DNA of 46,311 bases from Pseudomonadota bacterium (GCA_017421975.1 JAFOHE010000022.1:1-46311); one strand, 5' to 3'. Shown: positions 16,030 through 26,195, numbered from the stretch's first letter. The notes: generated by a model from the sequence alone, not told the origin. Program-made: numbers and translations.

Positions 16030-18060
16030 TTACTTGATGAGAAGTTTTTCGAGTTGATCGACCGTTTCTTCAAATTCCTTGAGAGCGTCGGCGATCGGCG
16101 TAGGCGTGGTCAGATCAACGCCGGCTTCGCGCAGAAGCGTGACGCTGTCTTTGGCGCATCCTGATTTTAGCATATTGATGTATTTGTCAGCATTTTCGGG
16201 GGAAGCCTGAATGAGTCGTGCAAAAGCAAGTGCACTTGAAAGGCCAGTCGCATAGCTATAAACATAATATTTATAGTAGAAATGCGGTACATAAGACCAT
16301 TCATAGCCGTCGTTGGCATCAATGGTATAATCGGGGCCGTAGTATTTGCGAATCAAATCTGCATAGAGCTGACTGAGCCATTTTGCATTGATCGCTTCGC
16401 CATTTTCGAGTGCCGTATGTGCGCGATATTCAAATTCGGCGAAGAGTGTCTGACGATAGATGGTTCCACGAATATTTTCGAGTTTCTGTACGAGCAGATT
16501 AATTTTTTCGGCGTCCGTCGTTGCATGCGAGAAGAGGTAATCATTGAGGATAGATTCATTCGTCGTAGAGGCGATTTCGGCGAGGAACATGGTGTAATGC
16601 GCGGAGCCTGGCGGTTGGGTTTCCATGGAATAAATGCTGTGCATGGAGTGCCCGAGTTCATGCGCAAGTGTCGAAACATCATCGAGGTCGTTTTGATAAT
16701 TGGTGAGAATGAAGGGTGAAATGCCATAGACCGAGCATGAGTAAGCACCACTTGTTTTACCTTCGTGTGGGAGAAGGTCGATGGAACCTTTTGCCGGATC
16801 CATTTCGGCTTTGAGGCGCGTGATATAATCATCGCCGAGCGGCGCGAGGGCTGTGGCGATGAGACTGGTCGCTTCTTCGTAAGAATAGGATTTTGTATTT
16901 TTGACATCTGCGAGAGGAATGTACAAATCGTAGAGATGTACAGTATCGACATTCATGACTTTTTTGCGCAGCGCAACGTATTTATGGAGCGGTTCGAGAT
17001 TTTTCGCGACGGTATCGATGAGATTTGTATAGAGTTCAACGGGAAGGTTGTCTTTATCGAGATAGGCTTCGAGGGCAGTGTTGTAATTGCGTGCACGCGC
17101 AAATAGGATATCTTGTTGAAGCTGTCCAATGTAAGTATTCGCGAGGACATCTTCATATTTTGCGAGCGTTGACATAAGGCCGTCTACAGCCGCTTTACGT
17201 ACATTTCTGTCTGGGCTTCGACGATATTTGGGATAATTTGAAAGCGTCAACTGAATGTCATTGCCAGCCTCATCTTTGATGATTGGCAGCGACATGGAAT
17301 CTAGCATGGCATCGAAAGTATTTTCTGCGTTGGAGTGGATTTCGTTAAGATCGATTTCAGCCCAAAGGTTGTCGCCGGCGAGCGAGAGAACGCGTTCAGC
17401 ATCGGGGGACAGGATTCTGTTTGCACGTCTTGCGATATTGTGGATATAGGCTTCGTGGACTTTCAAACCAGGATCTTCGTTGAAGAAAGCATCGAGTTGT
17501 TCGGCGGAGAGTTTGAGCAGCCCGTTTCGAACGGTGGATGCACGGCTCATGAAATCATCGAGGACGCGTTTCGCTTTTTGTTGCATCGTGTTGGATTCAG
17601 GGCTCGGCTCGGTATCGACCGTCATATTGGCATAGAGTGTCAGTTTGTTGACGGCCGTATGAAGGTCAAAGTAGAGATCGAGACATTGTTTGAGCGTCGC
17701 AGCTGATTCAAAAGCAGAACATTCGCTGATTTGCTTAATATCTTCCGTCGTTTTGACGAGTGCTGCATTAAAAGCATCGTTCGATTCGAAGAGACGCGAT
17801 TTGTTCCATTTAAATTTTTCGTCAATTTCGCTACGTTTTTTGACGCCATTTCCGGCGGGAGCAGCGGCAGTAGGTTGTTCCTGATTTGCAGTGTTCACGG
17901 TATTTGTGGGGGATGCTTCGGGGGCAGGTTGTGGGGTGGCAGCAGCTTCAGGTTGCGGGCATGAAGGACAGGCCTGCGTGGGGCAGTTTTGCTGGCAGGA
18001 GGCAAGCAATAATAGGCTCGTGGCTGCCATGACGGAAGCACATTTCGTAAAGTTTGACAT
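16030..18060 (-). CDS. pepF: Oligoendopeptidase F (M3B) with a lipoprotein signal
   Basis: Lipobox LASC; GKTSGAYS; TLAHELGHSMH; AEIASTTNE; RQTLFAEFE; PHFYYKYYVYSYATG. Confidence 0.93.
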   Translation of the reverse strand: MSNFTKCASVMAATSLLLLASCQQNCPTQACPSCPQPEAAATPQPAPEASPTNTVNTANQEQPTAAAPAGNGVKKRSEIDEKFKWNKSRLFESNDAFNAALVKTTEDIKQISECSAFESAATLKQCLDLYFDLHTAVNKLTLYANMTVDTEPSPESNTMQQKAKRVLDDFMSRASTVRNGLLKLSAEQLDAFFNEDPGLKVHEAYIHNIARRANRILSPDAERVLSLAGDNLWAEIDLNEIHSNAENTFDAMLDSMSLPIIKDEAGNDIQLTLSNYPKYRRSPDRNVRKAAVDGLMSTLAKYEDVLANTYIGQLQQDILFARARNYNTALEAYLDKDNLPVELYTNLIDTVAKNLEPLHKYVALRKKVMNVDTVHLYDLYIPLADVKNTKSYSYEEATSLIATALAPLGDDYITRLKAEMDPAKGSIDLLPHEGKTSGAYSCSVYGISPFILTNYQNDLDDVSTLAHELGHSMHSIYSMETQPPGSAHYTMFLAEIASTTNESILNDYLFSHATTDAEKINLLVQKLENIRGTIYRQTLFAEFEYRAHTALENGEAINAKWLSQLYADLIRKYYGPDYTIDANDGYEWSYVPHFYYKYYVYSYATGLSSALAFARLIQASPENADKYINMLKSGCAKDSVTLLREAGVDLTTPTPIADALKEFEETVDQLEKLLIK

Positions 18061-18204
18061 AAGAACTCCTTATAACTGTTAAAAACGCGTTTGTTTTTGC
18101 AAACAAACTTGATTTTCCTTTTAAGGCAAAAGAGCCATTTTGTATGTTTTTTATGCACATGGAAAAACAGGCATTTTTCTTAACCACGTAGCGTGCGTGT
18201 CAAC

Positions 18205-18357
18205 GGGGGGCGTTGCGGGGGAATCCCCCGCAGAGGGGGTAGCGGCGTATGGCGCAGTTGGGTGCGTTGCTATCGGTAAAACCGATACGCAACGCGGCGC
18301 GGCTTCTCGCTATGCTCAATACGCCGCGCCATAGCCGCGTAGGGGGCGGCTGCCCCC
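18205..18357 (-). repeat. Dispersed palindromic element, copy 2, long form
   Basis: Near-identical to copy 1, with a compensatory change in the inner hairpin (C-G to T-A). Confidence 0.92.
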
Positions 18358-18729
18358 AAAAATAGGCACCATGTTGTGTGTTAAGGCCCGTAAATCAATG
18401 CCATTGATTTGGATAAATATAACTACATGTAGGTCTAAAAATGATCCCCCATAAGTGTTATGCCAGGCAATTGCGTGTTGTTACGAAAAAAAGTTAATGT
18501 TCAGTATAATTAATTTTATATGAACATGTGTCTTTTTGAACCCACTGTCTGCCGAAGCTTCTATTTTTCTTGAACTTGTGGTGGAAGTGATCGAAAAATG
18601 ACGACGCGTAAGATGAAAATATGATAAATGATAGAATTGCGTCGAGTGACGCATATTTTTTGAAAGAAAGCCTGTTGTGGCCGGTGAGCTTTTGCTGGTC
18701 GGAATATGCTATGTATATACGGAGGAAAA

Positions 18730-19515
18730 ATGAGATTTCGTATCACCTGTCTTGTGCTCGCAGTCCTTTTTGCATTTCCGTCGATGGGATTTGTTTGTGC
18801 GACGCGCGTCGAAAAGATGGAAGCGGACATAGAGGCTCTCCAGATTCAGTTTAACGATGTTCAGAAGCGGCTGAATAACGATCAGACGCAGCTCACGTCG
18901 ATGATTTTACGCGCGGACAAGAAACTTGAAGAACTGAGTGGTACGCAGGACAAATCCGCAGAATCGGTAGCGCAACAGAACGTTCAGCTTGCGCTTGAGC
19001 TTGAACAGGAACGTGCTGAACTTGCGAGTATGCGTGGACGCCTTGAAGTGCAGCAAAAGACGATAGAATCGCTTCAGGAGAGTTTGCAATCGGTGATGGG
19101 GTCGATCTCATCGACGGGTGGCGGCAATGCAGTGATATTGCCATCCGATCAGGCTGGACTTGAGGCCTATATCATTCAGAAACGTACAGCTGGTGACAAG
19201 GCAGCGCTCAAGACGGCGATTGCCGAGTATGTATCGCGCTATCCGGATGACGCGAAACTTGAGTCATATCTCGCTGAATATGTCGGTATTCTCTATGCGG
19301 ATAAACAGTATGGCGAAGTCATTACGAGTTCGACGATGTATTTGCAGAAGTTCCCCAACGGGGCCAAAAAAGCTGATGTGATTTACCACATGGGCATGGC
19401 AGGCATGGAGACGGGCAATTGTCAGCTTGCGACGATTTCATTTAAGGAGTTGAAGAAGTTGGATGCCAATCGTGCGAAAGACGCGCTTGATCTGGCTCAA
19501 ACAAAGTGTAAGTAA
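18730..19515 (+). CDS. CpoB/YbgF-like protein (coiled coil plus TPR) (track start 18706)
   Basis: RBS GGAGG; signal peptide; long coiled coil; TPR-like YLQKFPNGAKKADVIYHMG. Confidence 0.7.
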   Translation: MRFRITCLVLAVLFAFPSMGFVCATRVEKMEADIEALQIQFNDVQKRLNNDQTQLTSMILRADKKLEELSGTQDKSAESVAQQNVQLALELEQERAELASMRGRLEVQQKTIESLQESLQSVMGSISSTGGGNAVILPSDQAGLEAYIIQKRTAGDKAALKTAIAEYVSRYPDDAKLESYLAEYVGILYADKQYGEVITSSTMYLQKFPNGAKKADVIYHMGMAGMETGNCQLATISFKELKKLDANRAKDALDLAQTKCK

Positions 19516-19521
19516 ACAGCT

Positions 19522-20076
19522 ATGCGTCAAAACGACAGTTCAGAGCTTCAACATGTGTCCACGTCTGAGGAAATCGAGATTCGTCCGATGACGATTGATG
19601 ATCTTGCGCCTGTCTTTCATCTTGGCGAGAGACTTTTTACGCCGGATCGATGGCCAGCGCTTTATCGCACGTGGGATGAGTATGAAGTCGTGGCTTTTTT
19701 TGAGGGGGACAGTGACACATGTTTCGTCGCCGAACACGAGGGAAAAGTCGTCGGTTTTGCTCTAGGAAACGTGATTGAAAAACGCCGCAGTGCTTGGAAA
19801 TACGGTTATATCGTGTGGTTGGGCGTGGATCCGGAAATGGGGCGTCATGGCATTGGTTCCATGCTTTTTGACGCTATGCGCGATGAATTTATCGAACTCG
19901 GCGTGCGCATGATTCTCGTCGATACGGATGCCAACAATACGCATGCGATTCAGTTCTTTAAGAAAACGGGATTTGACCACGAGAACAAGCATGTTTATTT
20001 GTCGATGAACCTCACGCATTGTGCGGCATACCAGAATTATCGCAAAAGACTCAGGGAAGATGAAGAGGAGTCTTGA
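19522..20076 (+). CDS. GNAT family N-acetyltransferase
   Basis: IRPMTIDDL; FVAEHEGKVVGF; LGVDPEMGRHGIG; NTHAIQFFKKTGF. Confidence 0.92.
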   Translation: MRQNDSSELQHVSTSEEIEIRPMTIDDLAPVFHLGERLFTPDRWPALYRTWDEYEVVAFFEGDSDTCFVAEHEGKVVGFALGNVIEKRRSAWKYGYIVWLGVDPEMGRHGIGSMLFDAMRDEFIELGVRMILVDTDANNTHAIQFFKKTGFDHENKHVYLSMNLTHCAAYQNYRKRLREDEEES

Positions 20077-20166
20077 GCGGTGGATGCGAGAAAGCGCCTA
20101 AGCAGCACCAACGTCATTCTTTGTGCTACTTCAGGCGCTGGAGCATCGGCTTTGAGCCCTGGCTGT

Positions 20167-20850
20167 TTAGAAGCGAATCATCGCCTGGATACCGGGATTA
20201 ATGACGTGGTAATGGCGCGTGATATCGAGTGAGAGATAATCGTTTTCGTATGAAATCTTTTTGTAAGCGTAGTTGTAATCGCAATAGATGCCCATGCCGA
20301 AGGCAGGCGAGAAATAGTAGGTCAACGCGAGCGAGGCTTTGATGGCGAACGCGACAGAAGGATCGCCGTTTTTATCGGTGATGATGCTTGTTTGGAAGCC
20401 ATCAGGGTCAAATCCATAATCGGAATCACTTGTTTTTTCACCGTGCCCGTACAGGAGGCCAATGCCTGCGCCGAGATCAATCTGAAATCGAGGGGACAAA
20501 GGCAGGATGGCGCGACCAATGATGAAAGTGCCACCGAGGAAATAGGCGGTATTTTCATCTTCGTCTTCGCGACTAAAGACACCGCCGAGATCCTGATCAA
20601 TGTAGATGCCGCCGTAAGCCCAGCGGTAGCCTAGTGAGAGTTTACCCATTGGGCCGTCATAGTTTGAGAACTCGCCATCAGTGGATCCGCTGAATCCAAA
20701 TGCATTGGCGTCACTATCTGCTTTTAAACGTAAAAGATTGGCTGCGAGTCCAATACGAATATCAAAACCGCCTTCGTTGGCATTGGCATAAGCAGTGGCA
20801 CTGAATAACAGGGCGAATAACAGGGATAAACAGAAGACTTTTTGTTTCAT
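20167..20850 (-). CDS. Probable small outer-membrane beta-barrel protein (track start 20901)
   Basis: Signal peptide ending AYA; amphipathic strands; C-terminal Phe (AMIRF). Confidence 0.7.
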   Translation of the reverse strand: MKQKVFCLSLLFALLFSATAYANANEGGFDIRIGLAANLLRLKADSDANAFGFSGSTDGEFSNYDGPMGKLSLGYRWAYGGIYIDQDLGGVFSREDEDENTAYFLGGTFIIGRAILPLSPRFQIDLGAGIGLLYGHGEKTSDSDYGFDPDGFQTSIITDKNGDPSVAFAIKASLALTYYFSPAFGMGIYCDYNYAYKKISYENDYLSLDITRHYHVINPGIQAMIRF

Positions 20851-21016
20851 TTTAGATTCCGAAAATGCAATAACTTGTAAAGTGTTGTTATGAAATGTCA
20901 AACAATGCTATAAGATAGCACTGGTGACGATAAATCTTCCATCATTTTAGCGTTTGAATCATACATTTACAATAGTGGTGTATCAATTATGGATATATGT
21001 CAAGGGAGTATAGCAT

Positions 21017-21535
21017 TTAAGTGCAGAGAAACGACAACGGGGCATTGTCAATGAGTAGCCGCGCCCAAGTGTTGAGGAGGCGGTCAAAAGACCAGGTGGC
21101 ATTGGCCGGACTTGAGGATGGCAGGACAATGGCAGGGCGTTTCGTCTTGGCTTCGGCGTACTTTTTATAGAAGCGTTCGGCTGTCTTTCCGTTGACGGCG
21201 ATACATTGAATGGGGGCGTGGTCGAGAATGATGGATAAGTCATTGGGTACTACATTTTGGATGGAGCTGTCTGAGGAACCCACGATGTCACAGGAAGCAA
21301 TCACGTCCCATAGCGCGAAGTGATGCTTTAGGATGAGATCTTTTTTTTGCGCAATGGTTTGGGGGCGTGGACTTTGAGTGAGCGCAGCGATGAGCGGCCA
21401 AAAACGATTTTGCGGATGTCCATAAAAGAAGGCTGTTTCGCGCGATTTGACGGATGGAAAACTGCCCAAGATGAGGATTTCGGATTGAGCGTTAAAGAGC
21501 GGTGGAATGGGATGAACGACGTGTTCTAATGGCAT
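21017..21535 (-). CDS. DNA-deoxyinosine glycosylase (UDG superfamily, family 6-like)
   Basis: LILGSFPS; YGHPQNRFW; GSSDSSI; LPSSSPANA. Confidence 0.9.
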   Translation of the reverse strand: MPLEHVVHPIPPLFNAQSEILILGSFPSVKSRETAFFYGHPQNRFWPLIAALTQSPRPQTIAQKKDLILKHHFALWDVIASCDIVGSSDSSIQNVVPNDLSIILDHAPIQCIAVNGKTAERFYKKYAEAKTKRPAIVLPSSSPANATWSFDRLLNTWARLLIDNAPLSFLCT

Positions 21536-21544
21536 AATGAAGAT

Positions 21545-21572
21545 AAAAAAAGGCGATGGTAAGCCATCGCCT
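21545..21572 (-). terminator. Intrinsic terminator after the FHA gene
   Basis: AGGCGATGG-N4-CCATCGCCT followed by a T run on the minus strand. Confidence 0.8.
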
Positions 21573-21591
21573 GCAAAAATGGGGGGAAGTT

Positions 21592-22500
21592 TTATTTGAA
21601 GGTAAATGTAAAATAGAACTCACAGACGTTGAACTGATCGCCTTCTTCAATTTTTTTGGTATCGATCTGTTTGCCGTGATATTCGATGCCGTTTGTGGAG
21701 CCCAGATCTTTGATGTAGTAGGCACCACCTTTGTAAATGATGGCACAATGTTTACGGGAGATGTTGCCGTCGCGGATGACGAGGTCGGCGACTTGTGATG
21801 AACGTCCGATGATGTATTTGTCTTTGTTAACGAAGTATCGTTGATTGGCAAAGACGATGTAAAGCGGTGGCATTCCGGTATCGACGTTGGGTTGAGCTGG
21901 AACACGGGGAGATTGGTAGCTCACGGGATTGGATGCTCGCACCGGTGGTGCTGCCGGTGTACTGAGGCTGGCAAGCTGAAGCTTTTGCCCGGATGGCGGT
22001 GCATTGACTTCATCAAAAATGGAAGGCGGACGCCGATAGCTATTCTGTGCCGGTGGTTGGAGACGTTGGGCAGAGGGGGCAGGCGGCGGCGGGAGCGGCG
22101 CATGACCAGAAACATTCTGAAGCGGATTGTGGGCGAAAGCGCTCGGAAGTGTTGGCGGTGGTGGAACTGGCGGTACAGCGGGCGGCTGACTGGCGGCTTC
22201 CGAAAAATTCTGTTCCGCATTGTAGTTCGATGCGACTGCCGGTTCGGTCGTCATCGGATTGCCCGCTGGCGGCACGGAGTCGAATGTATCATGTGGCACA
22301 TAAGGTTTGGATGAATTCTGCGGACTGACTGGCAAAAATGTGCCCGTCTGACTCGCGGCTGCCTGCTGTTGATAGTAGATTGTCATGGCTTCACAGATGA
22401 GGCCGTCCAAACTAATGTTAAGCCGTTTGGCGAGTTCATTGAATGCCTGCCAGAGGGGTTCGTTACATTCAAAAAACTGTCTTTGGGTTACGCTATCCAT
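21592..22500 (-). CDS. FHA domain protein with a ribbon-helix-helix-like N-terminus and a Pro-rich linker
   Basis: IIGRSS...NISRKH...DLGSTNG; N-terminal RQFFECNEPLWQAFNELA...LDGLICEAM. Confidence 0.85.
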   Translation of the reverse strand: MDSVTQRQFFECNEPLWQAFNELAKRLNISLDGLICEAMTIYYQQQAAASQTGTFLPVSPQNSSKPYVPHDTFDSVPPAGNPMTTEPAVASNYNAEQNFSEAASQPPAVPPVPPPPTLPSAFAHNPLQNVSGHAPLPPPPAPSAQRLQPPAQNSYRRPPSIFDEVNAPPSGQKLQLASLSTPAAPPVRASNPVSYQSPRVPAQPNVDTGMPPLYIVFANQRYFVNKDKYIIGRSSQVADLVIRDGNISRKHCAIIYKGGAYYIKDLGSTNGIEYHGKQIDTKKIEEGDQFNVCEFYFTFTFK

Positions 22501-22578
22501 ATTTGTCTCCAGGCTTGTACTCGGAAAAATAAACTATGATTCCTGTACCATCGAGAAAAGATTAAGTTGAGTTTACGC

Positions 22579-24291
22579 CTAGCGTTTGTCTTTGGCAAGA
22601 GGTTGGCATGACGGCAGGACAGAAGACAGATACTGTTCATAAGCATCTTCTCCCGAAGTTGTCGATTTGGATGCCACTCTGAAAATATCAATGGGGGCGG
22701 TCTTACCTTTGACCATCATGGGGGGCAGGGGCGTACAGACAGCATCTTGCTTAACGCTTTCCCAAGTCGCGCGATTGATGAGAATCTCGCCCGGTTGTGC
22801 GGAAGAACAGAGCCGTGCGCCCAAATTGACCGTGTCTCCCAAAACGGTATAGCTCATGGCCTGCGTGGAGCCCATATAACCCGCGATCATAATGCCGGAT
22901 GCGATACCGATGCCGATAGCAATGCGGGGCTTGCCTTGGCGCTCTCTTTCATCATTGAGTTTGTCAATGGCAGACATCATGTCTACGGCACATTGTACGG
23001 CATGGAGTGCATGGTTCTCGACGGGAACGCCGGCGCCCCAGACCGCCATGACTTCATCACCGACGAATTTGTCGAGTGAACCTTCGTGTCTGAAAATACA
23101 TTCGACCATACGTTCACAGTAATCGTTGATAAGTGCGACGATTTCTTCCGGTGGGTTTTCCTCGGACATGCGTGTAAAACCTCGGATATCAGCAAAGAGT
23201 ACGGTTGCATTGTGCCTCGAGCCGCTCTTTTCGAGCTTGATCTTCCCATTGAGGACGTCATTAATGAGATGGGGGGAGATGATCCGCCTTAAATTGTCCT
23301 GGACGATGGCCTGGCGTTTCATGGCGCTGATGAGGCGGTTACGCTGGATGTTGAGTGATGCCTGGCGGGCAAAACCCGTGAGAATCTGAAGGTCTTTTTC
23401 TTTGAAGACGCCTGTGGCAATCTGCGTGTCAAGATTGATGAGGCCGGTAATCTCACCTTCGTAGATCAGCGGCACACACATCGTCGAGCGGATATTGTCG
23501 CATACGATGGAGTGGGAGCTTGAAAAACGGTTGTCCTGGAGCGCATCACTCGAAAGAACGGCATTTTTTTCGTGTATGACTTCTTCGAGAAGCGTTTCAG
23601 ATATCTTGTAGTTCACGAGTGGGCGCATATCCTTGGTCATGGCGATCTTGACCGCCATCGTGTCCGTCTCCTCGTCGTGTAGCAATATGGCACCACGGTC
23701 TGCGTTGAAAATGCAGAAAGCTTTTTCTAGAATGAGGCGAAGAAGCGTGTTGAGGTCAAAGACGCCGACGGCTTCGGCTGACAGTTCCGCTGCGACGCGC
23801 AACTTCTCGTAATCACGGCGAAGAACTTCGATGGATGAGATTTCACTTTCGGGCAGAAAATGCGCATCCTCCATGCGTTGACGAATTGAATGGGGATCTC
23901 GGTTGTTGACGAGGAGAGCTGCGGCATGGAAACCAGAATTTCGGCTGTCCTGAGCGATATTCTGGGACAACTTCATCGCCGAACTTGAAGCTGTGCCTGC
24001 TTCCTGCTCCACATAGCGTAGTATGTGGGAGCCAAGCTCAATTTCGTCGCCATCGCTGAGGCGGACGGGAGTGGTGATCTGTTTGCCGTTGACAAGCGTG
24101 CCGTTGCGCGAGTTCAGATCATAGAGCATATAGCTCCCATCCGCTTCGAGACGGATTTCGGCGTGTTCCTTGCTGACCATGCGGTCAAGCAATTGCAGGT
24201 CCTGAGTGGGAAGCCTGCCGATACTCGTGCGATGCCTGAGCGTGTATTCGCACCATTTGCCGGTCGTTGAATAATAGAGAAGTATGGCCAT
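22579..24291 (-). CDS. FHA-GAF-class III adenylate cyclase
   Basis: FHA: IGR...VSKEH...NSRNGT. GAF: RSTMCVPL. Cyclase: LFADIRGFT, DKFVGD, YTVLGDTVNLGARL, VKGK. Confidence 0.93.
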   Translation of the reverse strand: MAILLYYSTTGKWCEYTLRHRTSIGRLPTQDLQLLDRMVSKEHAEIRLEADGSYMLYDLNSRNGTLVNGKQITTPVRLSDGDEIELGSHILRYVEQEAGTASSSAMKLSQNIAQDSRNSGFHAAALLVNNRDPHSIRQRMEDAHFLPESEISSIEVLRRDYEKLRVAAELSAEAVGVFDLNTLLRLILEKAFCIFNADRGAILLHDEETDTMAVKIAMTKDMRPLVNYKISETLLEEVIHEKNAVLSSDALQDNRFSSSHSIVCDNIRSTMCVPLIYEGEITGLINLDTQIATGVFKEKDLQILTGFARQASLNIQRNRLISAMKRQAIVQDNLRRIISPHLINDVLNGKIKLEKSGSRHNATVLFADIRGFTRMSEENPPEEIVALINDYCERMVECIFRHEGSLDKFVGDEVMAVWGAGVPVENHALHAVQCAVDMMSAIDKLNDERERQGKPRIAIGIGIASGIMIAGYMGSTQAMSYTVLGDTVNLGARLCSSAQPGEILINRATWESVKQDAVCTPLPPMMVKGKTAPIDIFRVASKSTTSGEDAYEQYLSSVLPSCQPLAKDKR

Positions 24292-24485
24292 ATCCTGTTG
24301 CCCATCGTTGTGACAAGTGGCTGAGCAGAAAATTTAATCGCGCTACTATAACCTGTTTTGAATGGCGTGACAATAAGGCCAAAGAATCATGCATGGGGGG
24401 CTTTACGCGCATGGTAAGGTTGCGAAGTGATGCGTTATTTTGTTATAAAACTGACTTCATCATTACATAGCCGGAGGTGGTTGGC

Positions 24486-25253
24486 ATGGCCAGGGAATGT
24501 GTTCAGTGCGGAAAAACGATCGTGGATGGGGGAAAGTTTTGCAGCGTGTGCGGGGCACGCGTCTCTGCTGCTGAGGACGGGTTCCAGGCGACCAATGAAG
24601 GAACGCAGGCCTATTCGCCCTTCACCGGAATTGAAGGAAGGGCTCTGCGCGTACTGACCGGAAGCCGCGCCGGGGAATTCGTCAGCGTCTATCCTTCCGT
24701 GACAATCGGAAGAAACAGGGCGAATTTTAATGTGCATGATGATGAAACACTCTCCCCTGTCCACGCACGCGTCTTCTGTATGAACGACATCTGCTATCTC
24801 GATGATCTCGAATCCCATAACGGCGTGCTTATCCGTATTGCCGAAAAAACGATCCTCCATGACCGTGATGTCATTCGTGCCGGACAGACATTTTTTCGCT
24901 TTGAACACCTGATGACGGAAATGTTCTCGGACGACGAGGGCACATCCTTTTACGCAACACCCATGCGTGGTGAGCGTTTCAGGCTCGTCGAATTGCTCGA
25001 TGACGGTTACCGTGGACGCGCCAAAACTGCTTCCGAAATCGGACTGACCGTCGGAAGAAAAGAAGGCAATTTCATGTTCGAACAGGATACGCAAATGAAT
25101 CCGCGGCATTTTACCATCCGTTGGACGCAGCGTGGCGGCGTGCTCACCGATCATGCTTCCATGAATGGAACGTTCGTCAGCTTGCAGGATACGGTCGAAC
25201 TTCATCCGGGGGATCAATTCTTTTTAGGCTGTACGCTATTTGGTGTGCTATAA
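24486..25253 (+). CDS. Zinc-ribbon plus double-FHA domain protein (track start 24477)
   Basis: CVQCG...FCSVCG; TIGR...LSPVH...SHNG; TVGR...MNPRH...SMNGT; RBS GGAGGT. Confidence 0.85.
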   Translation: MARECVQCGKTIVDGGKFCSVCGARVSAAEDGFQATNEGTQAYSPFTGIEGRALRVLTGSRAGEFVSVYPSVTIGRNRANFNVHDDETLSPVHARVFCMNDICYLDDLESHNGVLIRIAEKTILHDRDVIRAGQTFFRFEHLMTEMFSDDEGTSFYATPMRGERFRLVELLDDGYRGRAKTASEIGLTVGRKEGNFMFEQDTQMNPRHFTIRWTQRGGVLTDHASMNGTFVSLQDTVELHPGDQFFLGCTLFGVL

Positions 25254-25379
25254 AGAAAATTCCTGAGCCTGAATCGGGCCGCAGCCAGTAAAACTCATCC
25301 ATGATCCCTGATAATGTACTAAAATGGGGAGAACGGTCAGAAGGTTGCCATCTGTAAACACAATACGGAGGAGATTGGC

Positions 25380-25997
25380 ATGAAACGGATTTTGCTCTTG
25401 ATGCTGACGTTTGTTGGCTTCAACATGGCCTCGTGCGATTTTCTGGAGAATGATCTGTGCGACGATACGGAAGCCGACATGGTGCTGATAAAAAATGCTT
25501 CCAGAGATTTTTATATTGATGCTTATGAAGCGTCGCGTTCGAACGCCGTCGCCGGTCTGGCTGGCACCGGTGTGACGAATGCATGTAATTACGTCGGTAC
25601 AAAACCTTGGACAAATGTGACATTTGAAGATGCCAAATACGCTTGCGAAAATGCCGGAAAACGCCTGTGTACAAAAGAAGAATGGCTCATGGCATGTACG
25701 GCAGGTGGAGAATATCCTTACGGAAATACTTACGCCGAAGACAAGTGCAATGTTTCTGACTATATCATGGATACAGGCAGCAAGGCCGAATGTAAAACGC
25801 CGGCTGGCGTCTATGACTTGAGCGGCAATGTGAGCGAATGGGTGACGGATGGGCAGGTGGCGGCTCTCGCAGGCGGCGATCATTATTCTGTCGCAGATGA
25901 TCTCGCATGTGAATACTCCGTCAAAAAAATCGAAGAACCGGATCAGTTGCCCGTCACGCCATCGATTGGCTTCCGTTGCTGTCAGGATGTGCTATAA
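25380..25997 (+). CDS. SUMF1/FGE-sulfatase domain lipoprotein
   Basis: Lipobox MASC; IDAYEAS; GKRLCTKEEW; YPYGN; GVYDLSGNVSEW; GFRCC. Confidence 0.9.
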   Translation: MKRILLLMLTFVGFNMASCDFLENDLCDDTEADMVLIKNASRDFYIDAYEASRSNAVAGLAGTGVTNACNYVGTKPWTNVTFEDAKYACENAGKRLCTKEEWLMACTAGGEYPYGNTYAEDKCNVSDYIMDTGSKAECKTPAGVYDLSGNVSEWVTDGQVAALAGGDHYSVADDLACEYSVKKIEEPDQLPVTPSIGFRCCQDVL

Positions 25998-26022
25998 GTC
26001 GCTGTCAAAATAAATGCGTATG

Positions 26023-26143
26023 GTAGGGGGCAGCCGCCCCCTACGCGGCGATTGGCTGTATGTGAGGGCGTGTCGCGACACGCCTTCACATACAGCCAAT
26101 TCGCCGCTACCCCCTCTGCGGGGGATTCCCCCGCAACGCCCCC
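26023..26143 (+). repeat. Dispersed palindromic element, copy 4, short form with its own 50-bp central palindrome
   Basis: Ends match the reverse complement of copies 1-3. Centre (26051-26100) is ATTGGCTGTATGTGAGGGCGTGTCG/CGACACGCCTTCACATACAGCCAAT with one G.T pair. Confidence 0.9.
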
Positions 26144-26195
26144 TTCGCATGAGCCGACGCTTCATCATGGATGATGTCGTTTTATAAGGCAGATT

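Noticed and set aside
20093-20139. Imperfect inverted repeat between the GNAT gene and the convergent OMP gene as a terminator
   Set aside because: It has a large loop, mismatches and no U-tract on either strand, so it is too weak to call.
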